Of a stretch of 64,000 nt of DNA, positions 47,952 through 57,516 are shown piece after piece. Numbering within the stretch: the stretch's first letter is position 1; every line of letters starts with the position of its first letter. A program made the translations under genes and the position numbers. The notes under the pieces were generated by a model. It was not told where the DNA came from. It saw nothing but the letters and a program-made list of their open reading frames with translations, and did not search any database. The stretch comes from an uncultured Pseudomonadales bacterium (GTDB lineage Bacteria > Patescibacteriota > Microgenomatia > UBA1400 > Chazhemtobacteraceae), in the NCBI GenBank assembly GCA_964618725.1, contig CAZUBK010000004.1:79485-143484 (forward strand). The letters are read 5' to 3'.

Positions 47952-49150
47952 AAACTTGATTTTACCACTTCTTTTCTCACTTCCTCCATGCCCAAACAAT
48001 CAGCAATATTCGTCTGTATCTGACAATTCGAAGATTATATAAAACAATAAGCAGTCGATACTCAGTCATGACAACTTACGAACAAAATATATCAGTCAAT
48101 TGACGTATCGGATTACACCTCCCAAGACAGCCCTCTTTCTCTAAGTTACCTTCCCTTACTTCTCCTCCTTCCTATACTCAAATTACTTGGGTATATCTCC
48201 TCGCTCTGACTCCTCGACATTGTAGTCCCTTTCTACACCCCTCTATCCTGACACGCAGCAACTTAAGGGTATATCCTAGATCCCAAATATCTATCGAAAA
48301 CAACTTAACAACAAACCATATCAGGCAACCTTGAAGACAGGCCCACATCCCTGAACCCTCTCTAATATCCCCTTCATCATCCAAACTTGATAGTCATTAC
48401 CCTCGCTCTACGTATTTAGCGCTCTCATCGATTATTTTGCCCAGCTCTTTTTCCTATCAAAACAATCACCCGAGTGCTAAATGGTCCATTACAGTCAAAA
48501 ATTGTCTAGATTTCCGAGTAAAGAAAAAACCAGACTCCTTACGCGCAAACCTTATCCCGCTCATCTGCTGCTAAATCCAATAACCGACCCACATCAACAC
48601 TATGACGTCCACACTTCACCGTCCTAGGCACAGATATATCACTTCCCGGGTTCAGCAAATCAATCTAGATCAGAATATCTCAAAATTCTTTTCACTCCAG
48701 ACAGGTCTACAGTACAACACCTTCGGAAATAATCAACAAATATATAACAAACACCTCCTCCGTAGGCTCGGTCCATCACAAATTAGTTTTCCGCATAGAT
48801 TCCCACAAAGCTAGATCTCCACAAAGTCTATCCTAACCGTTTTCATCCTCCTGATGTATCTTCTTTTTCATAAATGGCCCTTTTTTGACATGCAACTCAT
48901 CTCAAACCCGTAGTGAGCCAAGTAATGACCCTAGACTGTTCACGTCCTTTTGTTCCACACAAATCAAGGGCCTCACCACTCCCCTTTCATTTGTCGTCTT
49001 CATTTAGACTATTTCGCAAAAAAATTAGTAATGTCCTATCAACTTTCTCTTCCAGACCAATCAGTACAAACCACCTGAAGATAGATTTTCTATCGAAAAA
49101 TTATTAACGGTTAGCGTTTTAGCAACACGATCTTCAGTCTGGAATAGCAA

Positions 49151-49174
49151 AATGGGGGCATTGCTGCCCCCATT
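49151..49174. terminator. Terminator hairpin
   Basis: AATGGGGGCA-ttgc-TGCCCCCATT immediately after stop of the 49176 gene. Confidence 0.75.
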
Positions 49175-49175
49175 A

Positions 49176-50081
49176 TTAGTTCCCTTCTTCTAACCATTTG
49201 TTGTACTGAACAAACGCTTCCGCCTCAGTCCAGCCAAAGGCTTTTTCAAAGGCCACCGGTGATGCCTCCCCTGCACAGAGACTTCGCCAATAGAGATGGA
49301 AAACTTCCAGACTACTAGCCTCTACACTCGGCGCTTCAAGTAGCAAAAAGACTGCAAAAGCCTCCGCTGTAGGGACTCCGTCACCAGACACTCTACCTGT
49401 AGACATTTCCTCAATTAACGGCTTTTCCCAAGTCTTTAGATTGAGAATCCAATCCTGATACTGAGAGGTCTCTAACAATTCCCTCCAGGTCGTCTGTTTT
49501 TTGGGGAAAGACCCCTCCAACTGACTATTCACCAAATCCTGAAGTAGATATGCTTCGCCTTCAATCATGTAGCCAGGCGCCGCCATATTGCCGCAACTTA
49601 GATGTCGTTGTGACGCATGAATCAGTTCATGGGTGAGTATTTTTGTCCGCCAAGCAGCATCCAGTTGATACCAACCTTCTGTCCCGTCAATAATAATCAC
49701 TACCTGACCGGGCTCCTGTCCTGAAAGAGTTAGACCGCGAATCTCCTCATTACTCCAAGCGTTTTCAGAACGTCCTGAAGTTGACAATCTCTCTGTCGCC
49801 CGCATGATTAGTTCACGATCAAACCCAACCACAATCCGCGTTCCCTCAGGTAAAACGTAACCCTCTAAGGAAAGATAATCAACCACCGACAGCAACTGCG
49901 CTGCAGCGTTTACTTCAATAGCAGGGTCAACCGGTTCCAGATATTCTAACTCCGGCAACCCAACCAGCGTCGCTGTTTGGTACTTCTCGATTTTGTTTGT
50001 CTCCTGAATTAACCAGAACAACTCAACTGCCACAATCGTCCAGACAAAAATAGCTACGAAAGTCCAGGATCGCCTTTTCAT
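49176..50081 (-). CDS. Membrane-anchored zincin-like metallopeptidase
   Basis: N-terminal TM; LTHELIHASQ...PGYMIEGEA (HExxH + E); AFEKAFG tail; SD GGAGG. Confidence 0.75.
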   Translation of the reverse strand: MKRRSWTFVAIFVWTIVAVELFWLIQETNKIEKYQTATLVGLPELEYLEPVDPAIEVNAAAQLLSVVDYLSLEGYVLPEGTRIVVGFDRELIMRATERLSTSGRSENAWSNEEIRGLTLSGQEPGQVVIIIDGTEGWYQLDAAWRTKILTHELIHASQRHLSCGNMAAPGYMIEGEAYLLQDLVNSQLEGSFPKKQTTWRELLETSQYQDWILNLKTWEKPLIEEMSTGRVSGDGVPTAEAFAVFLLLEAPSVEASSLEVFHLYWRSLCAGEASPVAFEKAFGWTEAEAFVQYNKWLEEGN

Positions 50082-50136
50082 CAATACCTCCGCAAAAAGT
50101 GAATGTACTACCCCATACTATATCATATAGATACAA

Positions 50137-50162
50137 ATTGGGGTGGCTTAAGCCACCCCAAT
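50137..50162. terminator. Terminator hairpin
   Basis: ATTGGGGTGGC-ttaa-GCCACCCCAAT. Confidence 0.75.
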
Positions 50163-50167
50163 AGAAA

Positions 50168-50557
50168 CTACTTTTCCAAAATCCGAGCCATCAGCAAAGT
50201 GTAAAACAAAGATGCCAAGGCCATCAAGATCATCACCAGCGGGAGCACTGCTCCCCCAATTCCCAATATCTGCATATCTGGTAGCCAGGAAGCACCCAAC
50301 ACTGCCCACAGCTCAACAACATACAATCCTATTTCCGCCGGGTGACTATTCTGCTCACTAAAGTAAAGACCCACCTTGACCGGCGTGGCCAAAAACAGCT
50401 GGACCAAGACCAGCAGAAGGTAGTTCTCGAAACGAAGTTCCGGTAACCACAAAAAGATCGCGGCAATAGTCAGCACTACACCACTGACCACCGCCTGAAT
50501 TAAGTCCTGGAGCTCATACGGCTCCTTTAACGCCTGTTGTAAATTAACCCTTCCCAT
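50168..50557 (-). CDS. Hypothetical 4-TM membrane protein
   Basis: Hydrophobic ORF, SD AAAGGA, promoter TTGCTT-17-TATACT. Confidence 0.75.
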   Translation of the reverse strand: MGRVNLQQALKEPYELQDLIQAVVSGVVLTIAAIFLWLPELRFENYLLLVLVQLFLATPVKVGLYFSEQNSHPAEIGLYVVELWAVLGASWLPDMQILGIGGAVLPLVMILMALASLFYTLLMARILEK

Positions 50558-50695
50558 TTCTCTATCCTTTCAAAGAACCAAGTTGCCGATAGTATATCAA
50601 GACTGTGATGTGTAAGCAATTACAGATCTTGACAAGCCCCCCTTCTTATGGTACTATAGGACCCATCGTTTCCACATTATAATATTGGAGGAAAC

Positions 50696-51238
50696 ATGGA
50701 TCTCTTTAACAGCGCTAAAGCCAAGGTTGTTCTGGTCAAGAATCATACTCTCACCCAGACCGTCCTCGACGTTCTGGAAGGCGTGATTCTGATTTTGACA
50801 GCCATCCAGGCTGCCAAGGTCACCCTGCTGTTCGCTCTCCATCTGTTTGGGGCGCAAATCCCCAGCTGGGGCGCACAGCTCGCCGGAACTTCCTACCTGC
50901 TGGTTTTGGGGGATTTCGCCCTTCGGGGCGCCGTCCTCTACGGCCTGGTCCGGCTCGAATCTGACCCGAATCAGCGGCGTGAGCTTCACGCCACGGCCAC
51001 GCCCATCATGGCGCTGGCCAGCCTGGGCCTGATTGTCAACCTGCTCCCCTTTGAATGGCGGAGTCTGGGAACAATCGTTCTGATCGGCGCCTTCGGCGGC
51101 ATCACCCATGTGAGCCTCCACGGCACGCTCATGAATTGGAAGCAGACGATTAGTGCCGTCGAGGCACTGTTCAACAAGGCGAACGACAAGCTCGCCAAGA
51201 CTGCTCCGGCTCCGGCCAAGAAACAGACCACCAGCTAG
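50696..51238 (+). CDS. Hypothetical multi-TM membrane protein (GC-rich)
   Basis: SD GGAGG, promoter TTGACA..TACTAT, terminator 51253-51278. Confidence 0.8.
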   Translation: MDLFNSAKAKVVLVKNHTLTQTVLDVLEGVILILTAIQAAKVTLLFALHLFGAQIPSWGAQLAGTSYLLVLGDFALRGAVLYGLVRLESDPNQRRELHATATPIMALASLGLIVNLLPFEWRSLGTIVLIGAFGGITHVSLHGTLMNWKQTISAVEALFNKANDKLAKTAPAPAKKQTTS

Positions 51239-51252
51239 CGCAACAAAAGATC

Positions 51253-51318
51253 ACCGCCCCTCATCGAGGGGCGGTTTTCGTATACAAAATGCCCTCTTTG
51301 TCTAAAAACAAAGAGGGC
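51253..51318. terminator. Two adjacent hairpins between convergent genes
   Basis: ACCGCCCCTC-atc-GAGGGGCGGT-TTT and GCCCTCTTTG..CAAAGAGGGC. Confidence 0.75.
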
Positions 51319-51343
51319 TGAAAGTCCCGTTAGAGACGAAAAG

Positions 51344-51943
51344 CTATTCCTGCCGCGTCTGTGACCGCTCCCGGGGTGCCTCGGTTGGGATCCGTGGCGT
51401 CGCCGCCCTGGCCACCGGTATAGTCGCCGACGCATCGGGTTCTTCATTCATCCGCGCCTCAAGACTAGCCGCCGCGTCACCGGCAATCTGACCGATCTTG
51501 GCGCCAACTGGCTTAAGAGCCGACATGAGCATGGAAAGACCAGTGACCAAACCAATCCGAACTCCCCTAAAGACACCCAATTGGTGGTTCTCAACCATCC
51601 AAAGGAGGCCGAAACCAACGAGCAGGACCAGAAGTACGGGTACCGCCGATAACGACGGTAGTAAAATTACCCCAACTGCCGCAATCAACGTCAAACCAAT
51701 CACCAGCAACTCAAAGGCTGCATCTTCAGCCGTATCGAAAAACCAGGTCATCACTTGGAAGACAGCAATCAACGCGATCGATCCACCAGCCAAGTACAAT
51801 GCTTCCATCGGACTCTCGCCCAAAAGTAGGTTCAACAGCAAGTCAACACAGATGATCGTCAGAAAGATAGATTGAATCACATCCCAAACCATCGCCATCT
51901 TCGGCTTGGCTCGCTTATTCTTCCACGCATTCCACAAACCCAT
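51344..51943 (-). CDS. Hypothetical multi-TM membrane protein
   Basis: SD AAAGGAG, promoter TTGACT-16-TATAAT, 4-5 hydrophobic segments. Confidence 0.78.
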   Translation of the reverse strand: MGLWNAWKNKRAKPKMAMVWDVIQSIFLTIICVDLLLNLLLGESPMEALYLAGGSIALIAVFQVMTWFFDTAEDAAFELLVIGLTLIAAVGVILLPSLSAVPVLLVLLVGFGLLWMVENHQLGVFRGVRIGLVTGLSMLMSALKPVGAKIGQIAGDAAASLEARMNEEPDASATIPVARAATPRIPTEAPRERSQTRQE

Positions 51944-52023
51944 TTAAGTTTCTCCTTTTTAAGATATAAATGTTCGAATACGCAAATTATACTTCATAGT
52001 AGTGATAAGTCAATCTCATAACC

Positions 52024-52142
52024 AGACGATAGTAAGATTATTATCGGCGCAGTTATAAGAGGAAGCGCAGGACATCATTTCGATAATACATATTATCGAA
52101 GGTAAGGATGAGCAAGTCGTAAATCCTTTAGGGCTCTTATAA
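52024..52142 (+). repeat. Structured dispersed repeat family A, copy 3
   Basis: Hairpin + GGCGCAGT-TATAAGAGGAAGCGCAG-hairpin-GAGCAAG...CTCTTATAA. Confidence 0.75.
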
Positions 52143-52147
52143 GGTAG

Positions 52148-53053
52148 TTACTTTTCAAACCATCGATTGAATATCACGCTTGTTTCATGAAATTTCGCCC
52201 GAAATGCCGGATAAACAAAATAGGCCGCCATTGCTTCCGCAAATTTTTCTCCGTTTTTTAACACTACATCCAAGGTCTCCAACTCTCCCGTTGCATAATC
52301 ACGAGTCACATCAATTCTCGTATCACTTTCATCTTTCTCAAGAGCCGAAATAACATCGCCTTGTTCTTCTGGTGACAACTGAGCCCAAATAAGATGAGCC
52401 ATTTCGTGCCGAAATGTTCTTTCATACGCTGCCAATAATATATCAGTCTTGTCTCCAGATACCTCCCTCATTCGACTCACAGTAGGTAAATACAGAAGGA
52501 CTCTTTTCTGTTTAATTTCTGAATGGCCCCCATATACACTTTTGCGAGACTGGCTGTACCAGCGAGTCGGTATAACCACTATCTCTGAAACTACATCTTC
52601 CTTCTCTATATCACTCGGCACCATCTCCTCTACCATCACCATCATCTTTTTTCGAAACTCCTCCATCTCCATAGCAGTCATATCAAATCCCTCTGGTCCC
52701 AGTATCCTAACCCCATCAATTGGAGCAATCTCACTAGTCTTAGCAAGAATCTGCCACTTCCCCTCAATATCTTCCCAAGTTCTTGCCGTATGGAGAGCAC
52801 TGTCAGGAAATTCTTGTCTTCTCAACATCTTTTCAGCCATGGTCTGGACTTGCTCATCAGCTTTGTGAGATACCCCCTGCTTTGCTCTTAATGCAAAAGT
52901 TGTCCAAAGCACCTTCTCAACATTCATTTTCCTATTAGTTTGTCCTTCAAAGTCAGCCGGTCTACTAGGTTGTTTCAACAACTTATACACCCACAACCTA
53001 TCACGGTTCTCAACCTCTCGCTCTGTCGGTCTAGTCTCAATCGTCTCATCCAT
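52148..53053 (-). CDS. Hypothetical protein with C-terminal zincin-like motif
   Basis: FRHEMAHLIW.QLS...EKFAEAMAAYF. Confidence 0.75.
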   Translation of the reverse strand: MDETIETRPTEREVENRDRLWVYKLLKQPSRPADFEGQTNRKMNVEKVLWTTFALRAKQGVSHKADEQVQTMAEKMLRRQEFPDSALHTARTWEDIEGKWQILAKTSEIAPIDGVRILGPEGFDMTAMEMEEFRKKMMVMVEEMVPSDIEKEDVVSEIVVIPTRWYSQSRKSVYGGHSEIKQKRVLLYLPTVSRMREVSGDKTDILLAAYERTFRHEMAHLIWAQLSPEEQGDVISALEKDESDTRIDVTRDYATGELETLDVVLKNGEKFAEAMAAYFVYPAFRAKFHETSVIFNRWFEK

Positions 53054-53056
53054 ACC

Positions 53057-53320
53057 TTAGGCTTCAATTCTATAACCGTTCTCAAATAACACAGCCCTCA
53101 ATCCTACAAAATACTCTAGATCATTTACATCCGTTACTAGTTTAACTCCATGCCCTATGACCCCATCTCCAGCTACAACTGTTCTCACTTCCACACCTTC
53201 TTTTACCGTCTCTAACACTCGTTTCAACTCTAGACCATTCTCTCCAACAACAACCCAATTTCCATTCTGGTATTGGATCCTCCATTCTCTGTTATCTTTT
53301 TTTACTCTATATTCTTCCAT
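53057..53320 (-). CDS. Hypothetical protein (87 aa)
   Basis: Translationally coupled (TAATG) within three-gene operon. Confidence 0.75.
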   Translation of the reverse strand: MEEYRVKKDNREWRIQYQNGNWVVVGENGLELKRVLETVKEGVEVRTVVAGDGVIGHGVKLVTDVNDLEYFVGLRAVLFENGYRIEA

Positions 53321-54462
53321 TATTTGATTTTTGGATTATGTATTTCGTCTAACACTCGCATTGTATTCCTAAAGAATTTCTTATACTGTCCCAGCTTCCC
53401 ATAGCTCTTGTATATTTCCATAGACATCGTGTATATCTCCTGCTGCTGTTGTTCTTCAAGGAGTTTTAGTAAATATCTCTCGGGATAAGCAAAGGATGGT
53501 AAATACCCATCATTCGTTTGTTCGTCAAGTACGGCCGCTTGTAGTATTTGATCTTTTTGTTCATCAGTCAAGACATAATTCCAGTCTAAATGTCCAATTT
53601 CATGTATGAAATAATCTCTATAAAGATATTTAAATGTCTCAACGGCATCCTGACTCAAACCAGCCAAGAAGACTTTAGCCATAGGGGATATTTGTATATA
53701 TCTTCTATCGGAGTCAGCACGACCCACAACAACCATTCCGCCTACCAACAGTACATTTTCAGGAACAAAATCTATATGATCAACTAAATCAACTACTTCT
53801 CCCCCTGGTAACATCACTGTATCACTAACATCTTTATTTACACAGCTTTCATTCATTATCATCTCATACGTACTATAAAGTCTCCTTATCTCATCCTCGG
53901 TTAATCCCCAAAGTTCCAACCCCCTTATTTTCCCTCCCCCAGGCACCTCTCCCTTTCTGTCTGATACTTCTTTCCTCAATACAATCAAACGTTTGACCAG
54001 TGAATTGTAAATTTTCTGATCAAAGCTATCTTCATCCCAAAGAGTGTTTGAGATTTGATCTGCCTCTTCTCGCAATACCACCATTTGATCTCTCAAGTCA
54101 CCCAATTCCTCATCCTCTAAAACAGCATCTGCTGCTGCCACTATGTAGCTTGCTACTAATATCTGACCACCGAATTTCACCTTCCTTTTACCAACCCTAC
54201 CCTCCTTACTCTCCTGTATCATCCATTTTGCTATCTCACCAATATCCTCCTTCATTCTTTTGACCGGTAGTCCTGGGATTAGTACTTTGTCATACAAAAA
54301 CTCATACAACTTTCGACTCAGTTCACAACTTCTTTCTTCCTCCTGACTTTCTGGGTCCTTCATCCTCAGGGGAAATAACTCGCCAAACCTATCAAACACC
54401 CATTTGCTTTCGACTTGCCGTACTCCATCAATTTTCACCCCTTCCGAAATCTCATCCGCCAT
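53320..54462 (-). CDS. Hypothetical protein with C-terminal zincin-like motif
   Basis: FIHEIGHLDW.YVLT.EQK; start ATG 54462 is 7 nt after TAGGAT. Confidence 0.75.
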   Translation of the reverse strand: MADEISEGVKIDGVRQVESKWVFDRFGELFPLRMKDPESQEEERSCELSRKLYEFLYDKVLIPGLPVKRMKEDIGEIAKWMIQESKEGRVGKRKVKFGGQILVASYIVAAADAVLEDEELGDLRDQMVVLREEADQISNTLWDEDSFDQKIYNSLVKRLIVLRKEVSDRKGEVPGGGKIRGLELWGLTEDEIRRLYSTYEMIMNESCVNKDVSDTVMLPGGEVVDLVDHIDFVPENVLLVGGMVVVGRADSDRRYIQISPMAKVFLAGLSQDAVETFKYLYRDYFIHEIGHLDWNYVLTDEQKDQILQAAVLDEQTNDGYLPSFAYPERYLLKLLEEQQQQEIYTMSMEIYKSYGKLGQYKKFFRNTMRVLDEIHNPKIK

Positions 54463-54508
54463 ATTCAACATCCTACCACCAATCCCCCTCTTCTTCTATT
54501 CTTTCTTG

Positions 54509-54582
54509 TGGACCCGATCGGGATCGAACCGATTACCTCCACTATGCCATAGTGGCGCTCTAGCCAAGTGAGCTACGGGCCC
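54509..54582 (-). tRNA. tRNA-Ala(GGC)
   Basis: GGGCCCG TAGCTCA...CCACT-AT GGC AT-AGTGG...GGTTCGATCC...CGGGTCCA; G3:U70. Confidence 0.94.
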
Positions 54583-54699
54583 GCGTAAAACGTGGCAAGC
54601 CAAGCTACATTTTACCATGTTATTATAACCACCAATAGTGAAAATTAAGCTCTTATCCCCCTACGCACCTTTCCATTCATGTTCTTAAGGAGACCTCCC

Positions 54700-54909
54700 A
54701 TGTCCAATCTTCCTCTGTCAAGCATCAAAGTCTTCTCTGATACCACTCCTTTCAAGGTCGAAGTTCAAGCCCAAACCTGGTCAGAGCTGATGAGTCGCAC
54801 CTACAACAACTTCCAGATCACCGCCCTTACTTCTACCTATACTCCAGCCGAAGGCCGCCACAAAGCTTTTTTCATCCTGACAATCGCCTATACTTACGAT
54901 CCCTTTTAA
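54700..54909 (+). CDS. Small hypothetical protein (69 aa)
   Basis: SD AAGGAG; lies between divergent tRNA-Ala genes. Confidence 0.65.
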   Translation: MSNLPLSSIKVFSDTTPFKVEVQAQTWSELMSRTYNNFQITALTSTYTPAEGRHKAFFILTIAYTYDPF

Positions 54910-55013
54910 TCCTTTTTTTCACCACCTCCTCTTGGCTGGTTTCTGTCTGTTTCTTCCATCAGTGTGGCAAACTATCTCTGGCTTGCCGCGTTTTGGCTTG
55001 CCGCGTTTTACGC

Positions 55014-55084
55014 GGGCCCGTAGTTAAACGGTATACCATACCCTTCGCATGGGTAGATTCCGGGTTCGACTCCCGGCGGGTCCA
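55014..55084 (+). tRNA. tRNA-Ala(CGC)
   Basis: GGGCCCG...TACCC-TT CGC AT-GGGTA...GGTTCGACTCC...CGGGTCCA; G3:U70. Confidence 0.93.
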
Positions 55085-55119
55085 CATCTCAACAAAACTC
55101 TCCCGAAAGGAAACGCACC

Positions 55120-55635
55120 TTGATTCTCAAACACGTCTTTACTCTGGAAAGAAAGCAAGCCATCCGCGTCTTTAATTTCTCCGGCTTTCGCTTCACCTTC
55201 ATCGATGACAAATTCCCCATCACTCTAGTCAAAGCCATTCTCCATCTCACCCCTACTCAACTCAACCCCAACCTTTCTTTTCTTAACGACTTACCTATTA
55301 ACTCACCCCTCATCTTCACCTTCACCAACTGGGTTCTCCCCTTTGAGCCGTCCCCCCCGCTTAACTTTGACTTAAGTAGGCTTACCGACTCCGACCTCCT
55401 CATCCGCTCCCATCACTCCAGTTACGAAGCCATCCCCCGCTACCACTCGTATGCTCACTCCATTAGACGAATATATCGTCGTCTTACTCTAGAGAGTTCA
55501 GCCTTTAATTCTGTTGGCACCCGTCCCAAACACCAAATAATTCTCCCTCTCAGCCGCCAACACTTTCGCTTAAGCCAACATCTTCTCCCTGGGACTGTCT
55601 TTCGCTTTAATCTGCAACTCAAAGTCGATAACTAG
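55120..55635 (+). CDS. Hypothetical protein (171 aa)
   Basis: ORF with AAAGGA before TTG and hairpin 55643-55663 after stop. Confidence 0.55.
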   Translation: MILKHVFTLERKQAIRVFNFSGFRFTFIDDKFPITLVKAILHLTPTQLNPNLSFLNDLPINSPLIFTFTNWVLPFEPSPPLNFDLSRLTDSDLLIRSHHSSYEAIPRYHSYAHSIRRIYRRLTLESSAFNSVGTRPKHQIILPLSRQHFRLSQHLLPGTVFRFNLQLKVDN

Positions 55636-55681
55636 TTTCACTCCCCCGCCAACCGGCGGGGTTCTCGTGTAAAATATCCTT

Positions 55682-55870
55682 ATGTCAGATCTAACCCTTA
55701 TCTGCAAGAACTGCGATAACGAATTTGTCTTCTCACAAGTCGCAGATCCCCGTATGGGGAGCGAACAGACTTTCTATACCCAAAAAGGCATTCCTGTCCC
55801 GATATATTGCCCAATTTGCCGTGCCCTGAAAAGAGCAGAAAGTCTCCACCCACCCAAACCAAAAATCTAA
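55682..55870 (+). CDS. Small zinc-ribbon protein (zf-trcl-like)
   Basis: DLTLICKNC..EFVF...EQ.FY.QKG...P.YCPICR. Confidence 0.85.
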   Translation: MSDLTLICKNCDNEFVFSQVADPRMGSEQTFYTQKGIPVPIYCPICRALKRAESLHPPKPKI

Positions 55871-57216
55871 TGTAATCTCTCCAGAAACTCAATATTCGTC
55901 CTGATTCCCTTCTCCCACATACTCAAACTCAACTTCTCGTTCGGGCTATGCAATCCATCATCAGGCAATCCATACCCCATCATCACACTATCAATCCCTA
56001 GTATTTTCTTGAAATCAACCGTTATCCCGATACTCCCGCCAGCCAGTTCATAAAGTGGCTTGTTACCAAACACTTTCTCAAACGCCTCCTCTGCCGCCTT
56101 GAAATACCGACTATCTTTATTAAGCAACAGCGGCTCCGCTCCATGAAGCGATATCACCTCAATAGTTGCTCCTTCCGGAGTCAGCGACTTGATATATCCA
56201 GTAAACTTCTCCGCAATATCCTTACTCGTTTGGTTTGGTACTAACCTCATACTGATTTTGGCATGCGCTTCTGCTGGTATCGCCGTCTTTGGCCCGACCC
56301 CAGTATACCCACTCCAAATTCCGTTTACATCCAATGTCGGCCTTGCCCCCGCTCTCATCTGGACACTCATCCCTTCTTCCCCCACTGCTATTGTGGCTCC
56401 TGTCTCACTCATTACCTCTTTTTCAGTAAAAGGAAACTTCTCTAATTGCTTTCTCTCCTGAACTGACACCTCCCTCACTTCATCATAAAAGCCTGACACC
56501 AATATTCGCCCATCTTTATCTTTCAGTTTGGCAATTATCTCCGCTAAGACATTGGCTGCATTTAAGACATTTCCTCCATACGTCCCACTGTGAACGTCAA
56601 AAGACAATGTCTTCACATGGACTTCCATATAGGCCAGCCCTCGTAAGCCATATGTAATCACCGGTTGGTTTTCTGACAACGAATGATTATCCGACAAAAC
56701 ACAAATGTCACTTTTCAAAAGCGTCTTGTTATCCGCTACAAACTCACTTAACCCTTTCGATCCTATTTCTTCCGCTCCCTCAATCAGAAACTTTATATTC
56801 ACCGGCAATCTCCCCTTCTTTTCCAATAGCGCCTCGACCGCCGCAATCCAGGTGTATAGCTGTCCCTTGTCATCCGCCGTCCCTCTACCGTAGATATTTC
56901 CTGCTCGAATCTCTGGCTTAAACGGTTCGCTGCTCCACTCCCCTAACGGTTCCGGCGACTGGACGTCGTAATGGCCATAGATCAAGACCGTTGGCGAGAG
57001 GTCTCCTGCATCAAGTCTCTCCGCATAGACCACCGGCCGTTCATTTTCCATCACCTTCGCTTCAAAGCCCATCCCTTTCAGTTTGTTTATCAACCACAAC
57101 GCCGCCTCTTCCATCTGGGGAGCATATTCTTCATCCGCTGATAGCGACGAAATCGCTAATAGTTCAGATAGTTCCTTCAACCATTTTCCTTTTTTCTCTG
57201 CCGTAATCTCAGCCAT
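55867..57216 (-). CDS. M20 family dipeptidase
   Basis: LIYGHYDVQ, GRGTADDKGQ, EGAEEIGS, HSG.YGG, GGSI, HSPNEK; start ATG 57216. Confidence 0.94.
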   Translation of the reverse strand: MAEITAEKKGKWLKELSELLAISSLSADEEYAPQMEEAALWLINKLKGMGFEAKVMENERPVVYAERLDAGDLSPTVLIYGHYDVQSPEPLGEWSSEPFKPEIRAGNIYGRGTADDKGQLYTWIAAVEALLEKKGRLPVNIKFLIEGAEEIGSKGLSEFVADNKTLLKSDICVLSDNHSLSENQPVITYGLRGLAYMEVHVKTLSFDVHSGTYGGNVLNAANVLAEIIAKLKDKDGRILVSGFYDEVREVSVQERKQLEKFPFTEKEVMSETGATIAVGEEGMSVQMRAGARPTLDVNGIWSGYTGVGPKTAIPAEAHAKISMRLVPNQTSKDIAEKFTGYIKSLTPEGATIEVISLHGAEPLLLNKDSRYFKAAEEAFEKVFGNKPLYELAGGSIGITVDFKKILGIDSVMMGYGLPDDGLHSPNEKLSLSMWEKGIRTNIEFLERLH

Positions 57217-57297
57217 AAAGCAATTGTACTCTAACCCTTGCACATTTGTTAAGGGTTGTATATACTTATAGGATCGACATCTACACAAGGAGAAAAC

Positions 57298-57516
57298 TTG
57301 TCCAAAACATCGCTGCCCCGCGTCAAAGTTGTCTTTGACGCCACCACAGGTGAATATTTTCTCAGCACTAACGGTGAAGCCGAACCACATCTCGCCCTCG
57401 TTGCCTTGCGCAAGACCGCCGCAGACGATGGTTGGGAGATCCACTCCAAGCTCCAGCGGATTCTCGGCTCGTATCGCGTCCTCGTCGTCAAAGCACATTC
57501 AGAAACGGAGAAATAA
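57298..57516 (+). CDS. Hypothetical protein (72 aa)
   Basis: SD AAGGAG before TTG; coupled to next gene. Confidence 0.65.
   Translation: MSKTSLPRVKVVFDATTGEYFLSTNGEAEPHLALVALRKTAADDGWEIHSKLQRILGSYRVLVVKAHSETEK

Noticed and set aside
57217-57498. 94-aa N-terminal extension of the M20 peptidase
   Set aside because: Overlaps the divergent promoter region and the + strand gene; ATG 57216 follows a TACAAT box and matches family length.
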